IMG/VR virus record: IMGVR_UViG_3300017766_001735
Coordinates: 1-34,792 of that record
Source of the DNA: a virus
Taxonomy: Duplodnaviria; Caudoviricetes
Length of the DNA: 34,792 bases
Strand: one strand, 5' to 3'
The position numbers were made by a program, and so were the translations under genes. How positions within the stretch are numbered: the first letter of the stretch is position 1; every line of letters starts with the position of its first letter. This document shows, piece after piece, positions 27,197 through 34,587 of the stretch. A model generated the notes under the pieces. The model was given only the letters and a program-made list of their open reading frames with translations, had not been told where the DNA came from and did no database searches.

Positions 27197-27402
27197 ACGA
27201 GGAGGTCCTGATCGCGTTGGGCCGACTTGAGGGCAAGGTGGACGCGATGATGACGTCGCTTCGCCTACAGGAACAGGAGCTCAAGCGGATGGAGGAGCGT
27301 GTCCGCCATCTAGAACAAAGCAAGGCGTGGCTGCTCGGTGCGGCCGCGGTCATCTCGCTGATCGCGGGATTCGTTGTCAAGATGATTCCATTCAAGGGAT
27401 GA
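27193..27402 (+). CDS. coiled-coil protein with C-terminal transmembrane helix (holin/XhlA-like architecture)
   Basis: GTGA overlap and GGAG RBS. LGRLEGKVD...RVRHLEQSKAWLLGAAAVISLIAGFVV. Confidence 0.7.
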   Translation: MNEEVLIALGRLEGKVDAMMTSLRLQEQELKRMEERVRHLEQSKAWLLGAAAVISLIAGFVVKMIPFKG

Positions 27403-27405
27403 ACC

Positions 27406-27699
27406 ATGAGAGTGATCGCACTAGGAAGCTTGAGTTCCGCCGCATCGACAGCGGCCGTGGCTCCGTACGATAAGTACATTGACGAGAAGGTCGGCGTGTT
27501 CCAGGTCGATTTCACCGGAGGATCCAGCGCGACCGTGGAGCTCCAGGGACGGCTGAACAGCCAGATTTCGTACACGACCATCGCCACGATCCTGGCCACG
27601 GACGCCGTGAAGGCCAAGTCGGTCGTGCTTGTGCCCGATATGCGTATGTCGATCACGACGTACAGTTCGGGCACGGCAACCGGGTATCTCGGCGTCTAG
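27406..27699 (+). CDS. small beta-rich protein, paralog 1
   Basis: 97 aa, clearly homologous to the next gene (DKYIDEKVGVFQ, QGR, PDMRM, YLGV). Confidence 0.8.
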   Translation: MRVIALGSLSSAASTAAVAPYDKYIDEKVGVFQVDFTGGSSATVELQGRLNSQISYTTIATILATDAVKAKSVVLVPDMRMSITTYSSGTATGYLGV

Positions 27700-27708
27700 G
27701 AGGACACC

Positions 27709-27999
27709 ATGCGGGTCATGCATTTCGGACAGATCGCCGCGAACAACACCGCAGGGACAGCCGTATTTCCCTTCGATAAGTACATTGACGAGAAGGTTGG
27801 GGTGTTCCAGGCCGAGTTCCAAGGCGCGGCCACGGCGACCATCCAGGGCCGGATGACGGCGGACGCCGCCTACACGGACATCGCCTCGATCACCAGCGCC
27901 GACGCCACGAAGATCAAGACCGTGGCGTTGATGCCGGACATGAGGATGTTCGTCAGCAGCTGGGTCGCAGGGAACGTGAACGTCTATCTGGGGGTGTGA
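27709..27999 (+). CDS. small beta-rich protein, paralog 2
   Basis: 96 aa, AGGAGG RBS, homologous to the preceding gene. Confidence 0.82.
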   Translation: MRVMHFGQIAANNTAGTAVFPFDKYIDEKVGVFQAEFQGAATATIQGRMTADAAYTDIASITSADATKIKTVALMPDMRMFVSSWVAGNVNVYLGV

Positions 28000-28472
28000 T
28001 GAATATGCTCCGGCTATTCCGAAGGCTGTATCTCGGCGCCGCAGGGCTTCTTGAGATGTCCGTGGCCGCCAGGCCCGTCAACGGCCTGTACGCCCAGGGA
28101 GATGCGGACCTGATCCCGGATCCCGCGGACTGGCTGAACATCTCGTACGCGCTGTCGTCGGGCCTCCCGGCCAGCAACGTCGTGCAGATCACGGGGATCA
28201 CGGAACGCATCCTTCTCTCGATCTCATGGCCTGGCTCTTCTGGAACGGTCTACTACAAGGTGAGCACTTCCTCCTTCAGCGCCGGGGACTATGTAGTGAG
28301 CGGCGGCATTGGATGGACTTCGATCCTGACGGGCGGATCCCTGTACGTCGAGCCCAACCAGTACGTCGGTTTCACCCGGGATCAGAACAAGGTCAGCTCC
28401 GTCGTGATGACCGTCATCAACCGCAGCAACGGCGGCGCCGTCCTGGACACCTTCACTTCCTCAATCACATGA
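27996..28472 (+). CDS. hypothetical beta-rich (probably virion) protein
   Basis: Overlaps the upstream stop, Ser/Thr/Gly-rich, host-like codon bias. Confidence 0.7.
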   Translation: MMNMLRLFRRLYLGAAGLLEMSVAARPVNGLYAQGDADLIPDPADWLNISYALSSGLPASNVVQITGITERILLSISWPGSSGTVYYKVSTSSFSAGDYVVSGGIGWTSILTGGSLYVEPNQYVGFTRDQNKVSSVVMTVINRSNGGAVLDTFTSSIT

Positions 28473-28591
28473 ACACCGCACAGTCCATCCGCAGCGGCTA
28501 CGAGACGTCCGGGGGGCTTTCCTTCGGGGTCGAGGCTCCGGTCAGCTCGGACATCCGCGGATCGGCTCCGGCGACAGAGGCACAGCCATGA
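28469..28591 (+). CDS. hypothetical 40-aa peptide
   Basis: ATGA overlaps at both ends (28469-28472 and 28588-28591) and fills the gap exactly. Confidence 0.45.
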   Translation: MNTAQSIRSGYETSGGLSFGVEAPVSSDIRGSAPATEAQP

Positions 28592-28800
28592 CCAATCCCG
28601 AACTACTCCAGCGCCTGCACGACCTGTTGACGCAGAACCTGATCGACAAGATCGAGGCAGGCGAGGCGACCGCGGCGGACCTGGGTGTCGCCCGGCAGCT
28701 GCTCAAGGACAACAACATCAACGCGCTCCCCAGTTCGGGAACTCCCATCCTGCGTCTTTCAGAAACCATGCCTTTCGAGAATGCCCAGGAAGCCGTCTAG
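28588..28800 (+). CDS. terS: terminase small subunit (T7 gp18-like)
   Basis: LHDLLTQNLIDKIEAGEATAADLGVARQLLKDNNI...MPF, directly before the large subunit. Confidence 0.88.
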   Translation: MTNPELLQRLHDLLTQNLIDKIEAGEATAADLGVARQLLKDNNINALPSSGTPILRLSETMPFENAQEAV

Positions 28801-28890
28801 GATTCGATTACAGACGTCCAAATCCGGACCCTCCGGATACCCATCTAAACGCACGGAACGCCTTGGCGGGCCATCGCCGTGGCTGGAACA

Positions 28891-30576
28891 ATGAAGCAAC
28901 CAGAAATCGACCCGCGGCTCAAGGACTTTCGGAACTTCCTGTGGCTGACCTGGCAGCACCTGGGCCTGCCGGAGCCCACCCCGATCCAGTACGACCTGGC
29001 GGCTTACCTACAGAACGGTCCCAAGCGGTGCGTCATCGAGGCGTTCCGCGGCGTCGGCAAGAGTTTCGTGACTTCGGCCTTCGTCATCCACCAGCTCCTG
29101 CTCGACCCGAGCAAGAACATCCTGGTGGTGTCGAGCTCGAAACAGCGGGCCGACGACTTCACCACGTTCACGCTCCGGATCATCGAGGGCATGGACATCC
29201 TGGCGCACCTACGGCCGCGCGAGGACCAGCGGAAGTCGAAGATCGCGTTCGACGTCGGCATGGCGCCCCCGAGCCAGAGCCCGAGCGTGGTCAGCAAGGG
29301 CATCACCAGCCAGATCACAGGCAGCCGCGCCGACCTGATCGTCGCGGATGACGTCGAGAGCGCGAACAACAGCCTGACCCAGATGATGCGGGACAAGCTG
29401 GCCGAAAGCGTCAAGGAGTTCGATGCGGTCCTCAAGCCGGACGGCCGCGTCGTCTACCTGGGGACCCCGCAGACCGAGGCATCGCTGTACGCGGCCCTGC
29501 CGGAGCGCGGCTACGAGGTCAGGATCTGGCCCGCCCGCTTCCCCGACGCCAAGCTGCGGGATGCGTACGGGACCAAGCTGGCCCCGATCATCGCCCAGAA
29601 GATCGACAAGGACCCGGCGCTGGTCGGGAAGCCCACGGATCCCCGTCGGTTCTCCGAGATCGACCTGATGGAGCGCGAGATGAGCTTCGGTCGCTCGGGT
29701 TTCTCGCTCCAGTTCATGCTGGACACGTCGCTGTCTGACCTGGACCGCTACCCGCTGCGCCTGTCGGACATCATCGTCACCGAATGCGACACCGACACGG
29801 CCCCGGAGAAGCTGGTCTGGGGCAAGGACAAGCCCTGCACGGACCTTCCCTGCGTCGGGCTGAACGGCGACCGCTGGTACAGGGCGGTGGCCGCCATCGA
29901 CGCCAACGCCCCCAAGCCGTACAACGGCTCGGTCATGTCCATCGACCCCTCCGGCCGCGGTTCCGACGAGACGGCCTACGCGGTCGTGAAGATGCTCAAC
30001 GGCTTCCTGCACGTCACCGAGGCCGGGGGCTTCCCAGGCGGCTACGAGGAGCGCACGATGAAGGAGCTGGTGGACATCGCCCGCCGGAACAAGGTCAACC
30101 ACATCGTCGTGGAGTCCAACTTCGGTGACGGAATGTTCACCGAGCTCTTGAAGCCCCATCTCCGGGCAGGCCACAACTGCTTCATCGAGGAGGTCCGCCA
30201 CTCGGTGCAGAAGGAGAAGCGGATCATCGACACCCTGGAGCCCGTGATGAACCAGCACAGGCTGGTGGTCGATTCCAGGGTCATCCAGCGCGACTACGAG
30301 TCGGCCAAGGCGACCGAGCGCGGCATCCACTACAGCCTGTTCTACCAGATCAGCCGCGTCGTCCGGGCCAAGGGCGCCCTGATCCACGACGACAGGCTCG
30401 ACGCCCTGGCCATAGCCGTGGCCTACTGGACCGAGCAGATGGCCCAGGACGCCGACGAACGGATCAGCATGGCCCGTGCCGAGGCCCAGGACAGGTGGCT
30501 GCGGCGGTTCATGGAGGGACGTCTGATCGACAAGCCCGACGAACCAAGACCGGAATCCTGGATGGGCAAGAGATAG
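28891..30576 (+). CDS. terL: terminase large subunit (T7 gp19-like)
   Basis: AFRGVGKS, ITGSRADLIVADDVE, YLGTPQT, LQFMLDT, IDPSGRGSDET, ESNFGDGMF, HDDRLDALA. Confidence 0.97.
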   Translation: MKQPEIDPRLKDFRNFLWLTWQHLGLPEPTPIQYDLAAYLQNGPKRCVIEAFRGVGKSFVTSAFVIHQLLLDPSKNILVVSSSKQRADDFTTFTLRIIEGMDILAHLRPREDQRKSKIAFDVGMAPPSQSPSVVSKGITSQITGSRADLIVADDVESANNSLTQMMRDKLAESVKEFDAVLKPDGRVVYLGTPQTEASLYAALPERGYEVRIWPARFPDAKLRDAYGTKLAPIIAQKIDKDPALVGKPTDPRRFSEIDLMEREMSFGRSGFSLQFMLDTSLSDLDRYPLRLSDIIVTECDTDTAPEKLVWGKDKPCTDLPCVGLNGDRWYRAVAAIDANAPKPYNGSVMSIDPSGRGSDETAYAVVKMLNGFLHVTEAGGFPGGYEERTMKELVDIARRNKVNHIVVESNFGDGMFTELLKPHLRAGHNCFIEEVRHSVQKEKRIIDTLEPVMNQHRLVVDSRVIQRDYESAKATERGIHYSLFYQISRVVRAKGALIHDDRLDALAIAVAYWTEQMAQDADERISMARAEAQDRWLRRFMEGRLIDKPDEPRPESWMGKR

Positions 30577-30690
30577 CAAAGAGATAGACAACAGAAAGCG
30601 ACTACCTTACCAGTCACTTCCTAGGACGACGACCCCGACCTTCCCCTCCGGGAAAGACCAAGGAAGGGATATGTAGTGTCTCTATGGTAG

Positions 30691-30727
30691 ACCTAGGATT
30701 ACCTAGGATTACCTAGGTGTACCTAAA
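30691..30727. repeat. 10-bp period tandem repeat ACCTAGGATT in an AT-richer non-coding region
   Basis: ACCTAGGATT ACCTAGGATT ACCTAGGTGT ACCTAAA; each full unit holds the palindrome CCTAGG. Confidence 0.85.
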
Positions 30728-30852
30728 CTCTTCTACAGACTGTAGATAAGACTTCTAAAGGTATCCCCGTGGTGTGGTTCCACAGTAATGAGGAACAAAC
30801 CGGAGATAGCTGTAGATATCCAAGAGATAACCTTTGGGGGAGGGGGGGTTTC

Positions 30853-31155
30853 GTGGCGCAGAGTCTCAACATCATGGGTCTGGACGTCTCCGTCCATTTC
30901 GAGCCCATTTCTGAATCACAGGATGAGATGCTGTTCGGGTTCTGGCAGCAGGGCCCCGTCCCATCCATCACGATCAACTCCTCCTGTAGCGATGCGATCC
31001 AGGCCAGGACTCTTCTGCATGAAGTCCTAGAGGCGATAAACGACCTCAACGGCATCGGTCTACAGGAGGAGCAAATCAGGGCTCTGGAGACGGGGCTGGG
31101 AGACACCTTCTCCCGAAACCGAGATTTCTTCGCCGCGCTGCTTGCGCGCGTATAG
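30853..31155 (+). CDS. small zincin-like (ImmA/IrrE-type) metallopeptidase-like protein
   Basis: G.W....ITIN...QARTLLHEVLEAIND...LQEEQI. GTG 30853 after a G-rich RBS (ORF open from 30769). Confidence 0.65.
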   Translation: MAQSLNIMGLDVSVHFEPISESQDEMLFGFWQQGPVPSITINSSCSDAIQARTLLHEVLEAINDLNGIGLQEEQIRALETGLGDTFSRNRDFFAALLARV

Positions 31156-31170
31156 ACACCCCGCTAGGAT
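31142..31170 (+). promoter_or_regulatory. putative host sigma70 promoter for right-end small-gene operon
   Basis: TTGCGC-17 nt-TAGGAT, followed by hairpin 31198-31228 and an RBS. Confidence 0.5.
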
Positions 31171-31253
31171 GCAGTTCATCTTTTCCCCCAGGGCCCCGTC
31201 CCCCTCCCGTCCGATCCGGGAGGGGGGCAGCCTGGAGGAGCCAGGAGTCCCCC

Positions 31254-31385
31254 ATGCCGTTCAAGAGCAAGGCCCAGAGGCGGTTCATGCACTCGCAGCA
31301 CCCCGAGATTGCCGAGCGGTGGGAGAAGGAGACTCCGAAGGGCAAGCGGCTCCCCGAGAAGAAGAAGCCCGCCAAGAAGAAGTGA
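31254..31385 (+). CDS. small basic protein (MPFKSKAQ type)
   Basis: Own translation: MPFKSKAQRRFMHSQHPEIAERWEKETPKGKRLPEKKKPAKKK. AGGAG RBS; too short for the supplied ORF track. Confidence 0.75.
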   Translation: MPFKSKAQRRFMHSQHPEIAERWEKETPKGKRLPEKKKPAKKK

Positions 31386-31404
31386 TCGGGGTCCTGGAGG
31401 ACCA

Positions 31405-31620
31405 ATGGATCCGAAGGAATGGAAAGACTGGCAGTCCGTGCTTCACCACGCCACGGAGGACACCAACCTGTCCCTGGCCCTGCGGCAAGCGTGTAGGTCC
31501 GCGCTCGATGAGCTCACCGTAATCCGCGGCGACGTGACCCGCCTACAGGACAAGTGCTCCGAGCTGCGAATCGAGATCGCCGCGGTCCGGAAGATGAGCT
31601 GCTGCGGGGTGAAGCCGTGA
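31405..31620 (+). CDS. hypothetical coiled-coil protein
   Basis: GGAGG RBS before ATG 31405; MDPKEWKDWQ... Confidence 0.7.
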   Translation: MDPKEWKDWQSVLHHATEDTNLSLALRQACRSALDELTVIRGDVTRLQDKCSELRIEIAAVRKMSCCGVKP

Positions 31621-31955
31621 TCGACTACCTGTCCCAGCTGGCGGCCCTCACGTTCTTCCTCATCATCGGTGGCGTCCTGGGCTGGCTCATCTTCCCGCCG
31701 CGCAAGGGGCGCGAGGAAGAGCTCGTCGTCAACCTGGTCAACGGCAAGATTCTCCGCAAGGACTCGGCCATCGAGCGCCTGCTGGCCGATGCCCGCACCT
31801 TTGCGTCCTGCAACGAGCTTGAGCACGACGACCTGATCCCGTACCTGTGCGAGACGGTCGAGCAGCTGAAGCACCAGCGCGACAAGTACAAGGACCAGGT
31901 GCAGCTGCTGGTCCGGCAGCTGGACGAAGCCTTGAGCAAGGAGGCCGCCCGATGA
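31617..31955 (+). CDS. hypothetical membrane-anchored coiled-coil protein
   Basis: GTGA overlap, N-terminal hydrophobic helix LAALTFFLIIGGVLGWLIF, helical C-terminus. Confidence 0.7.
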   Translation: MIDYLSQLAALTFFLIIGGVLGWLIFPPRKGREEELVVNLVNGKILRKDSAIERLLADARTFASCNELEHDDLIPYLCETVEQLKHQRDKYKDQVQLLVRQLDEALSKEAAR

Positions 31956-32053
31956 CCGCCGTGAAGCCCAAGAAGTCGCACCCGTGGGGTATGCGTAGCC
32001 AGGTCAAGCAGGAGCAGGCCAAGAAGGCCGCCAAGAAGGCCGGGAAGAAGTGA
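31952..32053 (+). CDS. hypothetical 33-aa Lys-rich peptide
   Basis: AAGGAGG RBS, 4-nt overlaps on both sides. Confidence 0.6.
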   Translation: MTAVKPKKSHPWGMRSQVKQEQAKKAAKKAGKK

Positions 32054-32310
32054 GCGGCGACCAGATCCTGCTGTTCGACGGCATGGGCCGAGCCTTTGTC
32101 GGAGCGGCAACGCATGGCCCCAGCACGACCCTGGCCGTCTACGACATGGAGAAGATGGTCAGGCTCCTGCGCCGCAGGGACCGCATGACCGACGAAGAGG
32201 CCCGGGAGTACCTGGACTTCAACACAATCGGCGCATGGATGGGACCCGGGACGCCCCTGGTCCTGCACAGGATGCCGCTGTCGCAGTTCCTGGAGGAGCA
32301 GAGACAATGA
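32050..32310 (+). CDS. conserved phage hypothetical protein
   Basis: DG...AFVG...AVYD..K...MTDEEAREYLDFNTIGAWMGPGTP pattern recalled from environmental phages. Confidence 0.75.
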   Translation: MSGDQILLFDGMGRAFVGAATHGPSTTLAVYDMEKMVRLLRRRDRMTDEEAREYLDFNTIGAWMGPGTPLVLHRMPLSQFLEEQRQ

Positions 32311-32563
32311 CCGAGGACATCGTGACGCGGCTGCGTAACTGGGCTCCATGCTGGGCCCTCCATGACCACATCTCCATCGACTTGAATCAAGGCGCCGACG
32401 AGATTGAGCGGCTGCGGTCTACCGTGACCGACTGCCGCATTGAGATCGAACGCCTCACCGCCGAGCGCGACGAGGCGAACGCCAACGCGAAGCTGTACCG
32501 GGACGACCGGGACAGAATGTCCAAGCAGCTGCTGGAGGAGCAGAGACAATGACCGACGACATC
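32290..32563 (+). repeat. 32-bp direct repeat pair spanning RBS and start codon
   Basis: CTGGAGGAGCAGAGACAATGACCGA[G/C]GACATC at 32290-32321 and 32532-32563 (one mismatch). Confidence 0.92.
32307..32552 (+). CDS. hypothetical protein (DIVTRLR...ADEIERLR type)
   Basis: GGAGGAG RBS, ATGA overlap, coiled-coil C-terminus; bracketed by a direct repeat. Confidence 0.75.
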   Translation: MTEDIVTRLRNWAPCWALHDHISIDLNQGADEIERLRSTVTDCRIEIERLTAERDEANANAKLYRDDRDRMSKQLLEEQRQ

Positions 32564-32977
32564 AAGACCGAGATCGTCCAGCTCGACAACCGCTGGTTCC
32601 TGGTCATGTCCAGAACCATCCATAACCACGGCGATGTGCGGGTCCTCACGGACATCACCGACATCTACCAGTCGGGAGCCGAGGCCCTGCGTCCCCTGTT
32701 CGCCATCGCGTCCGAGGAGATTGCCAAGGCCCGCCAGGAAGCCGTCGAGCAGGCCAGGGCCGTCCATAACCCGCCGTCGCCCATCCAGTTCTACTTCAAG
32801 GCCGCGGTCAGCTGCATCGAGAACGGTCGGTGGAAGCTGGCCGAGGATTTCCTGGACAAGATGTACGGGGAGATCGTCCTGTGCCCGGGCGAGGACACCT
32901 TCGAGCAGATGCGGGCATGGCGGTCCGCCTGCAAGCAGCTCAACGAAGCCCGCAAGGACAAGGCAAAGTACAACTAG
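32549..32977 (+). CDS. hypothetical protein
   Basis: GGAGGAG RBS, ATGA overlap, 142 aa, last gene before the non-coding end region. Confidence 0.75.
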   Translation: MTDDIKTEIVQLDNRWFLVMSRTIHNHGDVRVLTDITDIYQSGAEALRPLFAIASEEIAKARQEAVEQARAVHNPPSPIQFYFKAAVSCIENGRWKLAEDFLDKMYGEIVLCPGEDTFEQMRAWRSACKQLNEARKDKAKYN

Positions 32978-33203
32978 TGTCCCCACCTGGGGCTCAATCG
33001 TCGTAAATAGACGGCCGTACGCCGGGTGGGTCGGCGTCAAGAACAGGCCACAAGATCCCGTGCGTTGACCGGAGATGCGGGTGGAAGTCCCGCTTGAGCC
33101 CCAGATCCATTCTTTCCTCCAGGACGGCCCCGGCCCTAAACCAGCCGGGGCTGTCTTTCTCTGGATGGGTCCGGACCTTTGGGCAGAAAAATACGAAGGG
33201 GCA

Positions 33204-33540
33204 TCTAAACGTTCGCGTTAGCCCGGATTCCCCCATGCCGGGGGCCCGGGCGCCCGTTCCCGCGCATTCGCGCGCGGCCACGCACGGCCACGCGTTCCGC
33301 GGCCACGCGTTCCGCGGCCACGCCCGGCCACGCCCGGCCCCGGGGCCGCGGGCCGTGCCCCGGACGACGGCGGACCACGGCCGGACCACGGGACCGCGAT
33401 AGACTCCGAATCTAGCGGGCCACGTCGTGGCATCCTGCGGCCACGCACGGCCACGCACGGCCACGGCGGCCACGCACGGCCACGGCGGCCACGCACGGCC
33501 ACGGCGGCCGCGGGCGACGTCGCTACCTTCCGCCGTCCCT
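33204..33540. repeat. predicted direct terminal repeat / genome junction (about 337 bp)
   Basis: Left edge AAAAAT-N10-A|TCT-N21-TTCCCCCAT-GCC-GGGGG and right edge TACCTT...GTCCCT|CTGT mirror the T7 terminal-repeat edges as I recall them. Lies between late genes and the first host-promoter gene. Confidence 0.6.
33276..33510 (+). repeat. GGCCACG-core short repeat array
   Basis: Many copies of GGCCACGCAC, GGCCACGGC, GGCCACGCGTTCCGC and GGACCACGG. Confidence 0.9.
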
Positions 33541-33561
33541 CTGTGATTCCGTTTCTTGTGG

Positions 33562-33692
33562 GGCCGTGGTCCGCCGTGGCCGCCGTGGTCCGCCGTGGTC
33601 CGCCGTGGTCCGCCGTGGCCCGGCCGTGGTCCGCCGTGGCCCGGCCGTGGTCCGCCGTGGCCCGGCCGTGGTCCGCCGTGGTCCGCCGTGGT
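33562..33692 (+). repeat. CCGTGG-core short repeat array 1 (reverse complement of the preceding array)
   Basis: Units CCGCCGTGGT (10 bp) and CCGCCGTGGCCCGGCCGTGGT (21 bp). Confidence 0.92.
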
Positions 33693-33723
33693 TCTCCACA
33701 AGCTCGAATATCGCGCGGCCTAC

Positions 33724-33752
33724 TTGACCGGGGCCCGGCCCGCGACTAGATT
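33724..33752 (+). promoter_or_regulatory. host sigma70-type early promoter
   Basis: TTGACC-17 nt-TAGATT about 65 nt upstream of the ATG; GGAGG RBS at 33803-33807. Confidence 0.75.
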
Positions 33753-33816
33753 GCGTCTAGCCGGGAACGGTCCCGGCCGAAGCTTGCCACGTCTAACCGT
33801 TTGGAGGATCGACACA

Positions 33817-34560
33817 ATGGAACGTATCTACCGTATCGAAACGCAACACTCGCCCGGCAAGTCAACCGCGAAGGTGGACCGGGCCGCCCGCTACGCTCCG
33901 GAGCGTATCCGGGCCTACGTCGGGGCCGAACGGGCCGACGGCACGGCGCCCGCCACGCTTGTGGCCACGGACGGCCGCATCCTGTGCGCCATTCCGGCCG
34001 TGGTCCGTTCCGTCGGGACCGAATCGCCCACGGGCCCGGCCGCGTTCTACCTTCCGGCCGTCGTCGGGGCCCGTGCCGTCAAGAATAAACCACGGCGCCG
34101 CGACGTGGTCGCGAACGTCGGGGCCGCTACCGTGACCGTGGCCGAAACCGGGGCCGACATGGCCGCCACGGACAATACGGGCACGTTCCCCGCGTGGTCC
34201 AACATCGTCCCGAAACCGGACGGGGCTACGTCGGTTTCGGTCGCGTTCAATGTGGAGCTCTTGTGCAAGCTTGCCGATAGCCTGCGGGACGTCGGCCATG
34301 CGTCCGGGGATCCGCAGGTCCTGCGGTTGACGTTCACGCCGGACCGGAACGGGAACGCGGCTACGGCCGTGCTGGTCACGTCCGGCCCGAAGCCCGCCAC
34401 GGTCCCGCCGGAGTGTGAACCGGACCACGCGCGGCCCGTCGGCATGATTATGCCCGTGCACGTTGACGGCACGGCCGAAGCGCATCGGCGCTACGTCGCG
34501 GAAGGGTTCGCATGGGCGGCCGGAATCGCACGGACGACGGGCGCGACCGAAACCGCATAG
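33817..34560 (+). CDS. truncated DNA polymerase III beta (sliding clamp)-like early protein
   Basis: Ordered DnaN-like motifs RY, LVATDGRIL, GTFPAWSNIVP, VAFNVELL, IMPV. True start ATG 33817; the upstream part of ORF 33556 is translated repeat. Confidence 0.72.
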   Translation: MERIYRIETQHSPGKSTAKVDRAARYAPERIRAYVGAERADGTAPATLVATDGRILCAIPAVVRSVGTESPTGPAAFYLPAVVGARAVKNKPRRRDVVANVGAATVTVAETGADMAATDNTGTFPAWSNIVPKPDGATSVSVAFNVELLCKLADSLRDVGHASGDPQVLRLTFTPDRNGNAATAVLVTSGPKPATVPPECEPDHARPVGMIMPVHVDGTAEAHRRYVAEGFAWAAGIARTTGATETA

Positions 34561-34587
34561 CGTTCCCTCCACAATCGAAACCACGCG

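Noticed and set aside
3329-30591. Many long minus-strand and alternate-frame ORFs (for example 20024..21709, 23588..25219, 29209..30591)
   Set aside because: Shadows of GC3-biased plus-strand genes, with no motifs or RBS.
32994-33816. ORFs over the repeat region (32994..33701 minus, 33094..33402, N-terminal part of 33556..34560)
   Set aside because: They are translations of stop-free GC repeats; the promoter and RBS point to ATG 33817.
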